Positions 1-11,632 of a DNA stretch of 64,000 bases are shown here, in pieces (position 1 is the stretch's first letter; the number at the start of each line of letters is the position of its first letter). The translations under genes were made by a program, and so were the position numbers. The notes under the pieces were generated by a model. The model was not told the DNA's origin and ran no database searches. It saw only the letters and a list, made by a program, of their open reading frames with translations. The DNA is from an uncultured delta proteobacterium (lineage in GTDB: Bacteria > Desulfobacterota > Desulfomonilia > UBA1062): the NCBI GenBank assembly GCA_963752595.1, contig CAVVYZ010000006.1:1-64000 (forward strand), read 5' to 3'.

Positions 1-188
1 AATAATTACACGGGCGCCTGCACTCCGAAACTGATCAACAATATGATTCGGCTGGTAGAACATCACAACGGGATTAAATCTATCCTTGTCGATCACCCGG
101 ATCAGATCCAGCAGGCAGTAGTGCGAGCCGCCGTTGTGCCGTCCTGGTTTTCCTCAACAAACAGCACATTTATTTTATCATTACTCAT
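1..188 (-). CDS. Glycosyltransferase family 4, N-terminal part (runs off window, frameshifted)
   Basis: Manual translation from ATG at 188: MSNDKINVLFVEENQDGT..GSH..LLDLIRVIDKDRFNPVVMF, a typical GT4 N-terminus; one indel needed. Confidence 0.65.
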
Positions 189-205
189 ACGTTACCCCCT
201 GAAGC

Positions 206-1191
206 CTAGAACTCTCTCCCTGATGGCTTACTTTCATTCATGGACAACAACGCATCAAAATATTCAACGGTTTTTGATAATCCTTCTTTGATCCCGGTCC
301 CGGGCTGCCATTTCAATATTGTTTTCGCCCTGGTAAGGTCTGGCCTCCTCTGCGTAGGGTCATCCTGGGGAAGAGGTCTGAAAATCAATTTTGAACTGGA
401 ACGGGTAATAGCTCAAGTATCATTTTAGCCAGCTCCAGCATAGTATGCTCCTCCGGATTTCCTATGTTCACAGGCCCCGTTACCTCGTCTGTGTGCCCAT
501 CATGCGCACCATTGCCTCGATAAGGTCATCCACATAACAAAAAGATCGGGTCTGTTTCCCATCTCCATATATTGTAATGTCCTGATTCTGAAGGGCCTGC
601 ATGATAAAATTGCTGACAACCCTTCCGTCATTCGGATGCATCCGCGGTCCATAGGTGTTAAAAATACGGACTAACCTTGATTTTCATCTTATGCTGGCGG
701 TAATAATCAAAGAAGAGCGTTTCCGCACAACGTTTTCCCTCATCGTAGCATGCCCTTGGTCCGATAGGGTTGACATTTCCCCAGTAGTCCTCGTGTTTGG
801 GGGTGCACATCGGGTTCCGTAGACTTCGCTGGTGGAGGCCTGAAGGATCTTTGCCTTCACCCTCTTTGCAAGCCCCAGCATGTTAATCGCGCCATGAACG
901 CTTGTCTTGGTTGTCTGAACCGGATCGAACTGATAATGGACCGGGGATGCCGGACAGGCAAGGTTATAAATCTCATCAACCTCCACATAGAGAGGAAAGG
1001 TGACATCATGCCGCATGAGCTCAAAGAAGTGATTGTCCATGAAGATGCTCAATATTTGGCTTTGCGAGCTGGTGAAAAAATTATCGAGCACAGACCTCAT
1101 GGCCATCATCCAATAAGCGCTCACATAAATGTGATCCGAGAAAACCGGCCCCACCAGTAACAAGTATGCGTTTCTTTATCAATCGATCCAT
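206..1191 (-). CDS. UDP-glucuronate decarboxylase (UDP-xylose synthase-like SDR), frameshifted
   Basis: Pieces read [89 protein letters not shown]. Confidence 0.9.
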
Positions 1192-1243
1192 AGGGTCACA
1201 TTACCTCCTGCTAATAACTTATTTATGATCCTGTAGAGTGAGG

Positions 1244-2279
1244 CTACATATTTCGATCTGCAGAGAAAAAAGACCCACGGACTCATCTTCAAAAAATTAC
1301 TATTTCCATACATAAGAATATCTGTACTGTCTCCCAGTTGAAAAGAACCATTTCAGAACGTAATGATTGGACCAAAGGATTCTTCGATATGATCCAGTAT
1401 ATAGTCCCGACCACTCCGTTCTTTCCCGCATTCTGACCAGCTCATCCAGCATCTTGTTACGATGCCGCATAGTACAGGCAGACGATATCATATATTATTA
1501 TTTTTTTTTCCAGAATAGTAAAGAATTACGTATCCAACCATCATTCCCACTGATATGTTCATCGTCAGAGCGAAAAACCGTGCATGGGGGTTTTCTAATA
1601 GCGCCATGCAAGATACGTCAGGGCTCATGATCACCATAGAATGCAGATGTTTGTTCGTTAATAGTTTCTACTTCGTCCTTCTAAATATGACAGGGAGCAA
1701 ATTTCTCGCAGTTAAACATAAAACCTTTCTTGACGAGGCTATTCCAAAATCCTGCTTCTTATCCATAATAAGAACTTACTATGGTGAAAGACCGTGCGAC
1801 TGACAGACAGCCGAATTAAATCTCATATAATGATCGATCATTAACAGGCCTAACCAAGGTATCCAGTATATCGCAAGAGAGTAACCAGATTTTAAAAGCA
1901 TATCTTTTGAGTTGGAATTGGGCACTACATAGAGAAATGATAAATCCAGCATCTCTATATCTTTGGATACATATTTTGAATCCGTGAGGCCACGCCTTTG
2001 TGTGATATGAATTTTTTACCATTATATCGCCTAAGATTGAGCCACGAATCTTTTTCCCCCCCGAAAAATTTCTTTCCGGCATAAGCGATGCTGTCCCGAT
2101 CAATTCTTTCCTCGCCTTGGGTGAATGCCAGATACCATATCGTGTTTCCGGCAGGATTACCCTTTATACATCCATTCAAATCGTCCGTGGGGAGTTCCCG
2201 GAAGGCACTTATCCCAAAGATTGACTATATCCTTGTACGAATTGACGTCCGTCATCTTTTTGTATATTAAGTGTAGCAT
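1244..2279 (-). CDS. GNAT-family N-acyltransferase, frameshifted
   Basis: Manual translation MLHLIYKK..RFEWMYKGNPAGNTIWYLA..GDIMVKNSYHTKG..; C-terminus WVFFSAD resembles the WFFTFGD end of the 25277 GNAT. Confidence 0.6.
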
Positions 2280-2339
2280 TATCCTAGAAGAAGTCGGTTA
2301 AAGGATCCAGGATATATCTTCTTCGGTTTCCTTATCGGA

Positions 2340-2974
2340 CTATTGCCTATCTTTTCCAACAGAAGTTCCCGCTTTATATTCTCGTGGCATCTTGTCTTGG
2401 TTCGGGGAGGCATACCGGTGATCTCTAAGGGTCGCCTTACTGCTCAGCCTCATACGCCGGTACATCTCGGTCTTGAATATGACCTTGGCAGGATTTCCTA
2501 CCGCAACGGAATTATCCGGCATGACTATCCATGACAACCGACTCCGGCACCTATAATGCAGTTATCACCTATCTCCACATTAGGAAGAATGATTGCCCCC
2601 ATCCCGATGAAGCAGTTGTTGCCCGACCTTGATTCTTCCGAAATGTCCGAGCAGATCAGGTCCTCGTCTCTTGAAAAGGTATATCACCCCCGTCATGGGT
2701 GATAAATATTACTTCGCCCGAAACGATCACATTATCCCCTATTCAATAAATATGGCTCGGAGAACATGTTGAGAGAATAGAATCTGCAGTTCTTATCCAA
2801 CTTTTGCGCCCATCAGGCGGGCCATTTCTACACGATATTGCACCTGATCGTTCATCCAGAGTCGCCTATGTGTATCCGCTGGTTAAGGGCTTTAAAAAGC
2901 TTGATTTTGGGCAAAAGACGGGTATAATAATGGCCAGATCTATAAAAAATAAGTGATTTAATTATATCCCTCAT
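2340..2974 (-). CDS. Hexapeptide-repeat acyltransferase, frameshifted
   Basis: THDG..GNNCFIGMGAIILPNVEIGDNCIIGAG..PDNSVAVGNPAKVI left-handed beta-helix motifs; 3' end approximate. Confidence 0.8.
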
Positions 2975-3048
2975 CTAAATTCCCTTTTTTCTTATACTAT
3001 CTAATGGGTGAATGATAAGACGATAAATCGTCTTTTTTTCCTGCTTTA

Positions 3049-4449
3049 TTAAACATTGGCAATATCAAGAGGCGCCAATATAAATTCCAAAAACATGCAC
3101 AGTTGACCATAATTGATCTTCACTATGCTATCCTGTTGGAACCGGAGAGATAAAAAGTAAACCAATACAGCCGTTACCAGCATTATTAGACACTTCCCCC
3201 ATGGAAGAGACAGATAAAACTCCTTCTGGGAGCAGTGGTATATGATGGCGAACCTGACCATGAAAGCAAGGATCGTTGCCAAAGCTGCACCGAATGCCTT
3301 AAACGGTGGAATCAGACAAGCTGAGAATAATGATTGTGGCTGCCGCTGACGTTGTGCCAAGTGCAATATAGTGTGTTTTCCCGGAATACATTACACCGAA
3401 ATTACCAAAAGCTGTCCAAGCCTGCACAATGTAAGCGATCATGATGAGGGGAACAATCTGGTATGCATTCCAGAAACTTGGTGAAGACATGATACGAAAC
3501 AAATCATGACTGAAGCAGGAAATACTAAGTGCCACACTAATAATAAGCACGTTATAGAAAAAGAACACCCTGTAATTCATTTCCAGGGCGTCAGGTTTCT
3601 TTGCTATCTCGAATCTCTGCGGGCCCCAGATATTCAAGATGGGATTGATCGGGAACATCCACAACACAAATCCGAGCTTGTAGCCCAAGGAGTAAATGCC
3701 AACTACCCCGAGACTGGCATATGCTTTAAGAAAATAACGATCCGAGAATGTCAGAAAGAAATCCCAAGATTTGAAATAATAAGGGGAGCGCCGAAAATAA
3801 TCATTGATTTTGCGAGACTTTTAGAAAACGAAAATCCTACCATCTTATACGTATAGGACATAAGAAAAAGCCCTACAATTACAGAGCTTATAAGCCCGCT
3901 GTACAGAACCCCCAGCACCTTCATGTCCTGAATGACAACGAAGTAGATGTTCAATGAGAGCTGTATTATTAATTTTGCCGTACTTGCAGAAACGTAGAAA
4001 ACCGGGCGTTGCTGGGCCATGATGAAAACGAAGGGAATTTCGATGAATGCCTGAAGGAAGAAGGTCACGAAGATGAGTCTGAAATATAACCCGCTTTGAC
4101 TTGAGCCGTCCAGGATGGCCCCCCCGAGGATATCGGACATACCGAAGCCGATACTGCTGGCCAGAAAATAGAAAAGGGCAAGGAGAATGGAAATGGTGGA
4201 GATAACTTGATTCTTCTCGTGCCGGCTTTCATATTGATAATAAAATTTGTATACGGCTGCTGTTAGACCGACACTGGCTATCATCCCGAAAACATCCACC
4301 GTCATCGTCAAAAGCTCAATGGTCCCATAATCCTCCGGAGAAAGGAACCGTGTATAAATGGGCAGCATGATGAAACTGACAGCACGGTTGAGGAAAACCC
4401 CGAGGGCATAGATGGATGCGTATCTGGCTGTTTTGCTGATGTCGGCCAT
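3049..4449 (-). CDS. wzx: Oligosaccharide flippase (Wzx family), frameshifted into 3 ORFs
   Basis: ORFs 3751-4449, 3299-3688, 3049-3366; FIMLPIYTRFLSPEDYG N-terminal motif and many TM helices; similar to 31518 flippase. Confidence 0.85.
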
Positions 4450-4527
4450 GTTTTTAGCTTTAAATGAATTGAGAATGAATTGTCGATTGAGCTTATTTGC
4501 TACTATTCGTGTTTCATTACACCATTA

Positions 4528-5083
4528 TTAGACAATGAAACCAATGGAGCCACGAACAGAATCTTGAATTTCTTTTCTTTTAGTCTCATCAAGCCTTCGG
4601 ATAAAGTAGTCTTCACCAAATATCTTCTTATCTGCGCTCAAGGTCTTGATTTTGATCAAATACTCTTTCTGCGTCATGACCACCCGCGCAGGATTCCCTG
4701 CAGCTACTGTACTTTCAGGAATGTTGTGCGTAACCACTGACCCGGCTCCGATTATGGAGTGTGCTCCAATCTTCACTCCTGGCAGCACGATCACGGAATC
4801 ACCCAAGAAACACTTCTCGCCGATGTCTATCAGACCTATCTTTGTGTATCCAAGGTGCTTCTTCGTGCTGGCATCGTGAGCTATGAGCCTGACGTTGGGG
4901 CATATGGTGCAGTTGTCGCCGATGGATATGAGGAAACAGTGCGACGGGTCGAAAAAGAAGGTGTCAATGATCTCTACATTCTTCCCAGCTCTAGCCCCCT
5001 GTCACAAGTCCCTCCAGATACCTCCTGCGCCTGTATGCCATTATCGAAGACAGAAACTTCATGACGACTTTATACAGGTCCAT
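4528..5083 (-). CDS. Hexapeptide-repeat acyltransferase, frameshifted
   Basis: LISIGDNCTICPNVRLIAHDAS..IGEKCFLGDSVIVLPGVKIGAHSIIGAGSVVTHNIPESTVAAGNPARV. Confidence 0.85.
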
Positions 5084-5127
5084 AAAATCATCCTTCGACC
5101 TTTCGAACATATGTACTATATGTGTGT

Positions 5128-5734
5128 TCACGGATAATAGGCATGAACTCCATGAGAAAGGCCTCCAATCCTTCGATTGTTCCGTTCGTTACCCCTCAGA
5201 GGAGCCATGACCCGCACGAAAGTAGCCGAAGAACGCTTGAGATGGAGCCTGTTAAAGAGCATCCTGAGGCGAATTCGTGTCTGGCTCGTTGTAATGTAGC
5301 CATCCACATCGAAGAAGTATAGCATGATGTATCTTTTCGTACCCAATTCCACCAGGAGCTTGGTTACCTCGTGCTTTCCTGATGCGTCGAAGACAACTCT
5401 CACAGAGTTGGCACCACGTATCTTGCTGCTCATGCAGGCTTCGGGGGCATGGAAAGCCACGTTCGTGTCGTCGAACCACACCAGGGAGAGGTTCACAGGG
5501 TCCGGGTACGCAGGTTTCGCATAATCACGCACGAATACGTACGGTGTCTCCAGAGCATCATAAGCCCATTCGACTGAGTGGCTGCTCCTGCCCTCGCCAG
5601 CTCCCAACCTCAAGTGGAACACGGAAAAACAGTTTGTTCTCTATACGATCATCTGAACTGACCTGCATGGAGATTAGCGCGGCAACAGTTGTGACGGCAA
5701 CAGCTATGATGAGATTAATTGTTCTTCTTTCCAT
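5128..5734 (-). CDS. epsI: EpsI family exosortase-associated protein, frameshifted
   Basis: N-terminal TM, VPLEVGSWRG, FHAPEAC, FVRV motifs; directly downstream of exosortase. Confidence 0.75.
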
Positions 5735-6574
5735 AGGATTTCTTCATGTAAAACATCATGCATGCCAGACCGATAGCAAAGACCACCATTCCCGAGAGAT
5801 CGTGCAGGAAGAACTCAGGAGATGCCGCATCCTGTCCGTATGTCAATGCAATGGAGAGCAGGATGACTATCCGCATTCCGTTAAGCACTATCGCCATGGG
5901 TGGAATTATGATGAGAAACACAATGCTCCTCATTATGCTCATTTTTCAAAAGTAAAGGAACAGGCTGCCAATGGCAAGGAATGAGATGAACAAGCGATCT
6001 CATGCCGTTGCACGGCGTACCAACAACATAAGTGCCATTCGACATATGAATACTAAAACCATCACGTATATATGGGATTCCCAGTGCATCAATGACGAAC
6101 AGTGCCAAACCTGTGGCCGAAGACTTAAGGGTAATGCGATATAATTCAGATATTCGTCAGGTACGGGAAGCATAAAAGTCATGAAAAAAAACGGAAAAAT
6201 GAGCATTCTGGTGACCCTTGCACCGAAGAGGAACAGTGTACATCCGATCAGGTAAATGAGCATTGAAGTAACCTAAATAAAATGAACCTTAGCAATAATC
6301 CCAGATATGAATGAATAGAGCGCTTACAAGTATGCCAAGTTCCCCATACGTATCAGCCCCTATATGCGCCTCTTCTTTCTACTGGGTCTCTTTTCAAAAA
6401 GAATATATAGCACAATAAAAGGGAATAAGATACCATGTGAGTAATATGAGTCCGAATATTGGTATTCTCGTTTAGCCACAAAAAGGTCGGCCAGTAGCAT
6501 GCCATAAAACTGGCTGCAAAGAGTAGGCTTAGAATTATAGTCCTATATGAAATCTTCCTATTATTAATAATCAT
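5715..6574 (-). CDS. xrt: Exosortase (EpsH/XrtA family), frameshifted
   Basis: FMLPVP, PCNGMRSL (catalytic Cys), LNGMRI (Arg), FLHDLSG (His) across ORF fragments; multi-TM. Confidence 0.85.
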
Positions 6575-6599
6575 CTCCTAAAGTAACCAGTATTTTTCT

Positions 6600-6837
6600 A
6601 AGATTGCAATATATTTGATATTGTATACGCAAAGGATCTAGGGACTGGTAATTATTGCAGCGGCAATTAAAGAAATGAACATAAGCCCGGGCAAGAACCG
6701 TTTAGGATTCAGATGAATAATTGCCGCTACTATAAGCAATTGCAGAATTGGGAGACAGCAAATCAGAAATATATCCACTGCCAGTAAAAACAGCGTAGTC
6801 AGACCTCTGTTCGTCAAATGCCTATCTCTAATGCCAT
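6600..6837 (-). CDS. Possible small membrane protein (frameshifted)
   Basis: Hydrophobic stretches LFLLAVDIFLILLSP and RFLPGLMFISLIAAAII fill the gap between GT2 and exosortase; boundaries uncertain. Confidence 0.25.
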
Positions 6838-6854
6838 TTCATACCAACTGCTAT

Positions 6855-7982
6855 CTAACGATTCGAGGGGGTCCAGGTGACGAAGCGCTCCCCCTTGATG
6901 AACTTGACCCAGGCTACGGCGATGGCATGATTCACCTGCACAAAATAGTACGGAATCTTGAGGACAATCGACCAATCCGCCTTTCTCGAGCCCAACTGGG
7001 CCAGGAGATAGAAACTCATATGCGGCGCGAGCAGCAACCGATAAAACGTTCGCTGCATAGCCAGTGCTACATTTGCCACTAGAGCCAACACCAGTAGCCA
7101 CGGCGCCAGCCAGCGCATCAGCTTGTGTGATAATAGTTGCCAGGCAAACAGACCGAACTCGAATGGGTTGAGGAGCCCTCTATTTGCCACCAGGGCGGAT
7201 ATACCGCGCGTGATCGTGCGCACCTTGCGCTCGAACTCGCGCTGCTGGTCCTTGAGGTTAGTATAGATTCCTACGCTACTTGGATCGCTAACTCCCCGGT
7301 AACCGGAACGGATAGCATTGAGAAGTGTATTAAAATCACTAGGTATATTCGTTGGCCAGTTCCTACAAACATCCTTGCGTGCAGCAAAGAAAGACCCACT
7401 CAAGCCCACGACTGAATTGATTTGCGATTCGAGGGAACGCAGCCACATCTCATACTTTACATAGGCCCCTTCCCCGCTGATCGTGCCATCCGGATTGATG
7501 AATCTATCTTCACTACTCACGCATCCCACACTCGGATCTGCGAAATTGGCAACAATATTCCTGATGCCATCTTTATCGAGGATAGTCGCGACATCGGAGA
7601 AGACGATAACTTCGCCGCTCGCCTGCTCGATAGCGCATTTCTGCGCATGCTCCTTGCCGCCCCTATGTGGAGATCGAACTAGGCTTATGCCTTTATCAAG
7701 ATAACTTTTTATTATTTCATCGGTATTGTCGGTTGAAGCATCCGACGCGAAGATTATTTCCAGCTTGCCTTCAGGATAATCCAACTCTAGTGTATTTGCG
7801 ATTTTCCTCTCAAGCCTTTGAGATTCATTGAATACAGTGACAATCATTGTTACCTGTGGAAGATAATCTCGTCGGGCTTCGACCTTATGGTTTTTTATGA
7901 TCGATAATAATGCAAGAACTAGCGGATAACCCAGATAGGTATAGATTATAATGAAAATGCTTACCCAGAATAAAACTAACAT
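6855..7982 (-). CDS. Glycosyltransferase family 2 (CESA-like, exosortase-associated)
   Basis: Start MLVLFW at 7982 with GAGGAG SD; YTYLGYP, ASDASTD, EGAYVKYE, SHKLMRW. Confidence 0.9.
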   Translation of the reverse strand: MLVLFWVSIFIIIYTYLGYPLVLALLSIIKNHKVEARRDYLPQVTMIVTVFNESQRLERKIANTLELDYPEGKLEIIFASDASTDNTDEIIKSYLDKGISLVRSPHRGGKEHAQKCAIEQASGEVIVFSDVATILDKDGIRNIVANFADPSVGCVSSEDRFINPDGTISGEGAYVKYEMWLRSLESQINSVVGLSGSFFAARKDVCRNWPTNIPSDFNTLLNAIRSGYRGVSDPSSVGIYTNLKDQQREFERKVRTITRGISALVANRGLLNPFEFGLFAWQLLSHKLMRWLAPWLLVLALVANVALAMQRTFYRLLLAPHMSFYLLAQLGSRKADWSIVLKIPYYFVQVNHAIAVAWVKFIKGERFVTWTPSNR

Positions 7983-8070
7983 TGATACTCCTCTTTTAGC
8001 ATACGGGTTATACTCATGGCTATTGAGGGTGAGATTCGGATGTGGGTGGGTAAGGTAATAAGATTCTTGG

Positions 8071-9120
8071 CTATATCCATAGCTCCCCGAGTTGATTGGA
8101 CAGGGTTGGCAAGAACATCTCATACAAGCTTCTTCCTGGATTGCTTTTGGATACATTCTTTCTTACACCGAAACGATAAATATTTTTCCGAATCTCTTTA
8201 GGGCCTGCTAAAAGAGGAAATCGAGTATAGACAGGGATTGAGCAATCCTGCTCAGGAACTGTACGTTCTTTATCCAGTTGGGATTTATAAGTATTGGAAA
8301 TGGTGCGCCTATGATTATTGTATTTTTCCAGTGCAGAAAGCGATCTTTTCGCCAGCCTCTTCATTGAAACCGACATGGGCGATAGGGGAAACTCAGGGTC
8401 AAAGATGGTTTTACCGAGCCCAAGAGGAAGCGTTTCCATCATTCCATAGAAATATGGATGAGACAGGACTTGCACAGCCATGCTCTGCATCAGCTTGTCA
8501 TAGCCTCTCGTGCTGCTTAACATAGGAAGCTTATCTAATAGCTCCTTTTCCTCGACTAGGGCGCCACCCTCTCCGATGGGCAGAGGTTTACCACGGCCGA
8601 AGCTGAACACGCCGAAATCTCCCATGGTACCTAGCGGGATGCCGTTCATGTATCCGCCAAAGCCTTGTGCTGCATCTTCTATGATAGGAATAGCATTACG
8701 ACTTGCTATTGCCTGAAAATCTTCTATTGGTTGCGGGATACCAAAGAGATGCTGATAGATGATTGCCAGAGTTTTGTCTCCTGCTGCCTTGCTGAGAGAT
8801 TCAGGGTCCGGACGTAATGTTTTAGGTTCAATGTCATACAGGGATATTTTAAGCCCTGCCCTTGCAACAGAGGCTGCCACGGAATAGCATGTGTATCCGG
8901 GGATCAATACTTCATTGCGGCCGTCATTATCTGCTGCTTTCAAAGCTTTGAGAAGCAGGGTCAATAATGCTCTGCCGCTGACGGCAAGCATACAAGCATC
9001 TACATTGAGGTATGAGCATAGATCTTTTTCAAAATCCGCTCTCTTTCCGAGCAAAACATCCATAAACGATAAAGGGTGAATATAGGTTTCTGCAGGTGTG
9101 TACCAGGACATAGAATTCAT
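8071..9120 (-). CDS. DegT/DnrJ/EryC1/StrS family PLP-dependent aminotransferase (C-terminus frameshifted, true end near 7980)
   Basis: SGRAL, EVLIPGYTC, HLFG, IIEDAAQG, FSFGRGKPLPIGEGG with PLP lysine. Confidence 0.85.
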   Translation of the reverse strand: MNSMSWYTPAETYIHPLSFMDVLLGKRADFEKDLCSYLNVDACMLAVSGRALLTLLLKALKAADNDGRNEVLIPGYTCYSVAASVARAGLKISLYDIEPKTLRPDPESLSKAAGDKTLAIIYQHLFGIPQPIEDFQAIASRNAIPIIEDAAQGFGGYMNGIPLGTMGDFGVFSFGRGKPLPIGEGGALVEEKELLDKLPMLSSTRGYDKLMQSMAVQVLSHPYFYGMMETLPLGLGKTIFDPEFPLSPMSVSMKRLAKRSLSALEKYNNHRRTISNTYKSQLDKERTVPEQDCSIPVYTRFPLLAGPKEIRKNIYRFGVRKNVSKSNPGRSLYEMFLPTLSNQLGELWI

Positions 9121-9149
9121 TATTATCTGTAGAACACCAGATTAAAGGA

Positions 9150-10208
9150 TTATAGAGAGATGAATCTTCGAACCACCGGCCCGATTATGTTTGTTATCGC
9201 CTGGGGAAGCTGTGACCATGCCTTCTCAACTATTTTCCTTGCTTTGCCGTTCGATGATGCAGCTTGAGATTGGGCACGATTGTTTGCCCCTTTTGTATAC
9301 CAGAATAGAGGCTGAGGTTTTGCCCCCCATTGCTCTTTAAACCTATATGTCCCTTCATCCTGGGGTAGACCGCCCGAAATCAAAATGTTAAATCCGTTGG
9401 CGCATGCGTATTCCAAAAAACCCCAATACAAGAAGCATATTGGGACTTAATTGGTTATATTCCCTTATTGTCGAAGCCCAGGGAATGGAAACCGTGTCCT
9501 TGCATTCCAGGACTATTCCTGCTGCAGCCAGGGATAGATTTCTTTATATACGATACCTACATGTCCTTTGCCATCAAAAGCATTCAATTACGGATTAATC
9601 CAATTTTTCGAATGAACCGGGGACCCAGATCACGCATATTTTTCTGGAAATACCTTATAAAATGATCGATCTTATCTAATGAGCCTATTTGAAATACAAA
9701 CCCTCTTTCTCAGGCTTTTTTATCTGGCTTCTTAGTTTGGATTTGAAAGTCTTTCAAGAGCTCTTCCGATGTTTCCGGCAGGTCGAAGCTTCATGCGGGT
9801 TTTATAGCTGGTATGAGAAAACTGAGGCAATTTCTGAAGAACTCAGGCTCACTATACTTGCAGCGTACATCCAGCTCGGCTTTCTGCGATGTTGCAAGAT
9901 CACACGCCTCCTGAATAAGCCTATCCGAAGCTTCGGTGCCCTGGGTAAGGATACCTCCATAATCACAAAATGGTTGCGAGACTAACACTTTCTTGAGAAA
10001 TGGAATCTTCATAAAAATCAGGGGAAGAACTCCCTGAATAATGCCCTCCTCATCTTCGGCGATAAGGTAAAAAGCTTCGTGGAAGTATGCGATCTCCTAC
10101 AGCCTTCTTCCAGGCATATAAATGATAGGGGCCACCATCTTCATGCGATCGGACATACGAATCCCATCTCTCTTGATCTCTATCCTCAGCCCTTCTGACG
10201 TGAATCAT
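9150..10208 (-). CDS. FemAB-like (GNAT) exosortase-system-associated protein, frameshifted
   Basis: WDSYVRSH, GVLPL, LVSQPFCDYGG, SPNMLLYW, GTYRFKEQWGAKPQPLFWY. Confidence 0.85.
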
Positions 10209-10213
10209 TGAGG

Positions 10214-11131
10214 TTATAGACCACCCATCCTTTTAACTGCACTATTAATGAATGGAATAAAATCTTTAGCAGCTTTTGCATTTCCTTCACTGCTAGGATG
10301 ACTGTCTTTCCCGTTCTTTGTGGGATACATGGACCAATTTGATTTCCCATAGTCTGTAAGGACATCGTAATAATCAAAGACCACGACATTCTTCCGCGGA
10401 TAATCCTTTAGCCAGCCATTATCTACATCCTTGAGCCAGCTATTGAACCTTCTGGCCCTCAGTCCCACTTTTTCGACCGTATCATCCCTACCCAATATGC
10501 TCTTCAGAAAATTCTTTATACTCGTTTGGGGCCTTGCAAGAGGGGGTGCAGTCAAAGCGATGAATAATGTATCCGGTTTCATTTCGAAATATCCAAGCAG
10601 AGCTGTATACGCAACTTTATAATTTGCTATTGTCTGTTCTGTGGAATCAGGATTTCCAGGAGGGTTCCCCTCAGACTCTATCCAGTTGTTTGGAAAACAG
10701 GACTTGAACATAATAATGCTGTTCTTCGTTCCATCTCCAAAGAAATCATCCTGCATATTGCATGTGATTATCTTATCCATATAATCCCTGAACTTTGTAT
10801 TCCAATGGCAAATATCGGTTTTATCCCCGACAATGGAACCATATGAAGATTCATGAACAATATAATTATTCTCCTGAAGAAGTTTTCGTAATCCTCCACC
10901 ATTGGGATGGGTCTTATATATACAGTTCTGTCCGACCTCATTCCCCTTTTCAGCAAGAAACTGCCCACCGGTAGAGTGGTGGATGAAGAGAAGATTTATA
11001 GGGTTCTTAGGTTTTTCAGAAGAATGGCTCGAAAGGTCTATTGTTTTAACTCCCACAGTGCTCTCCAAATTGTCATTAGCTGTGCATGCCAGCAGAAAAG
11101 ATAATATGATGCAGGTCATAGTCAATCGCAT
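10214..11131 (-). CDS. Hypothetical lipoprotein, possibly SGNH-like
   Basis: 305 aa intact ORF, lipobox LLA-C; FIHHSTG, FKSCFP and DSHP motifs. Confidence 0.7.
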   Translation of the reverse strand: MRLTMTCIILSFLLACTANDNLESTVGVKTIDLSSHSSEKPKNPINLLFIHHSTGGQFLAEKGNEVGQNCIYKTHPNGGGLRKLLQENNYIVHESSYGSIVGDKTDICHWNTKFRDYMDKIITCNMQDDFFGDGTKNSIIMFKSCFPNNWIESEGNPPGNPDSTEQTIANYKVAYTALLGYFEMKPDTLFIALTAPPLARPQTSIKNFLKSILGRDDTVEKVGLRARRFNSWLKDVDNGWLKDYPRKNVVVFDYYDVLTDYGKSNWSMYPTKNGKDSHPSSEGNAKAAKDFIPFINSAVKRMGGL

Positions 11132-11143
11132 AATTGTTATCCT

Positions 11144-11221
11144 CTATAAAAATGCAAAAGCTCCGCCAATGCAGGTGAATCCAACGCTCCCCAACATCAT
11201 GGCCAATAAAAAAATACTCAT
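11144..11221 (-). CDS. Putative 25-aa single-TM small protein
   Basis: MSIFLLAMMLGSVGFTCIGGAFAFL*, preceded by G-rich SD-like GGGGGA; stop 12 nt before lipoprotein start. Confidence 0.3.
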   Translation of the reverse strand: MSIFLLAMMLGSVGFTCIGGAFAFL

Positions 11222-11368
11222 ACTTTCAATTCCCCCAATATATAGGGGTGTTCGACATCCATCAAGTGAAACTTGATTGGTAAAACGACCTTTCAGTACT
11301 TAGATAGTCGGCAATGCCTATAAAATAATCTATCTCAAAAAGATTGTGTATGCATGCAAAAACAAAAA

Positions 11369-11553
11369 CTAATTCACCTGATATCTCTTCTCAATGTCCA
11401 AACATACTTCCTTCATTATTCCATCTACTTGGCTATCAAACACTACCCCCCTGTACTTTGCTGGGAATACCAAATGATAGATCAACACCGTTACGTTATG
11501 ACTCTTGTCTATGTATTCGCTCACTCCTTAATTCTACGCCGCAAGCCGCGGGG
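11369..11553 (-). mobile_element. tnpA: Truncated IS200/IS605-family element: end hairpin plus 51-aa TnpA N-terminus
   Basis: 11524-11369 translates MSEYIDKSHNVTVLIYHLVFPAKYRGVVFDSQVDGIMKEVCLDIEKRYQVN*, the Y1 TnpA signature YHLVFPAKYR, ending before the HUH motif; CCCCGCGGCTTGCGGCG hairpin upstream. Confidence 0.85.
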
Positions 11554-11632
11554 AATACAACCCAAAGCGATTTAAGATTTTTATTGTTCAACACCTCTTG
11601 CTTTTTACCGTATGCTCGCGTAATCCATTATC

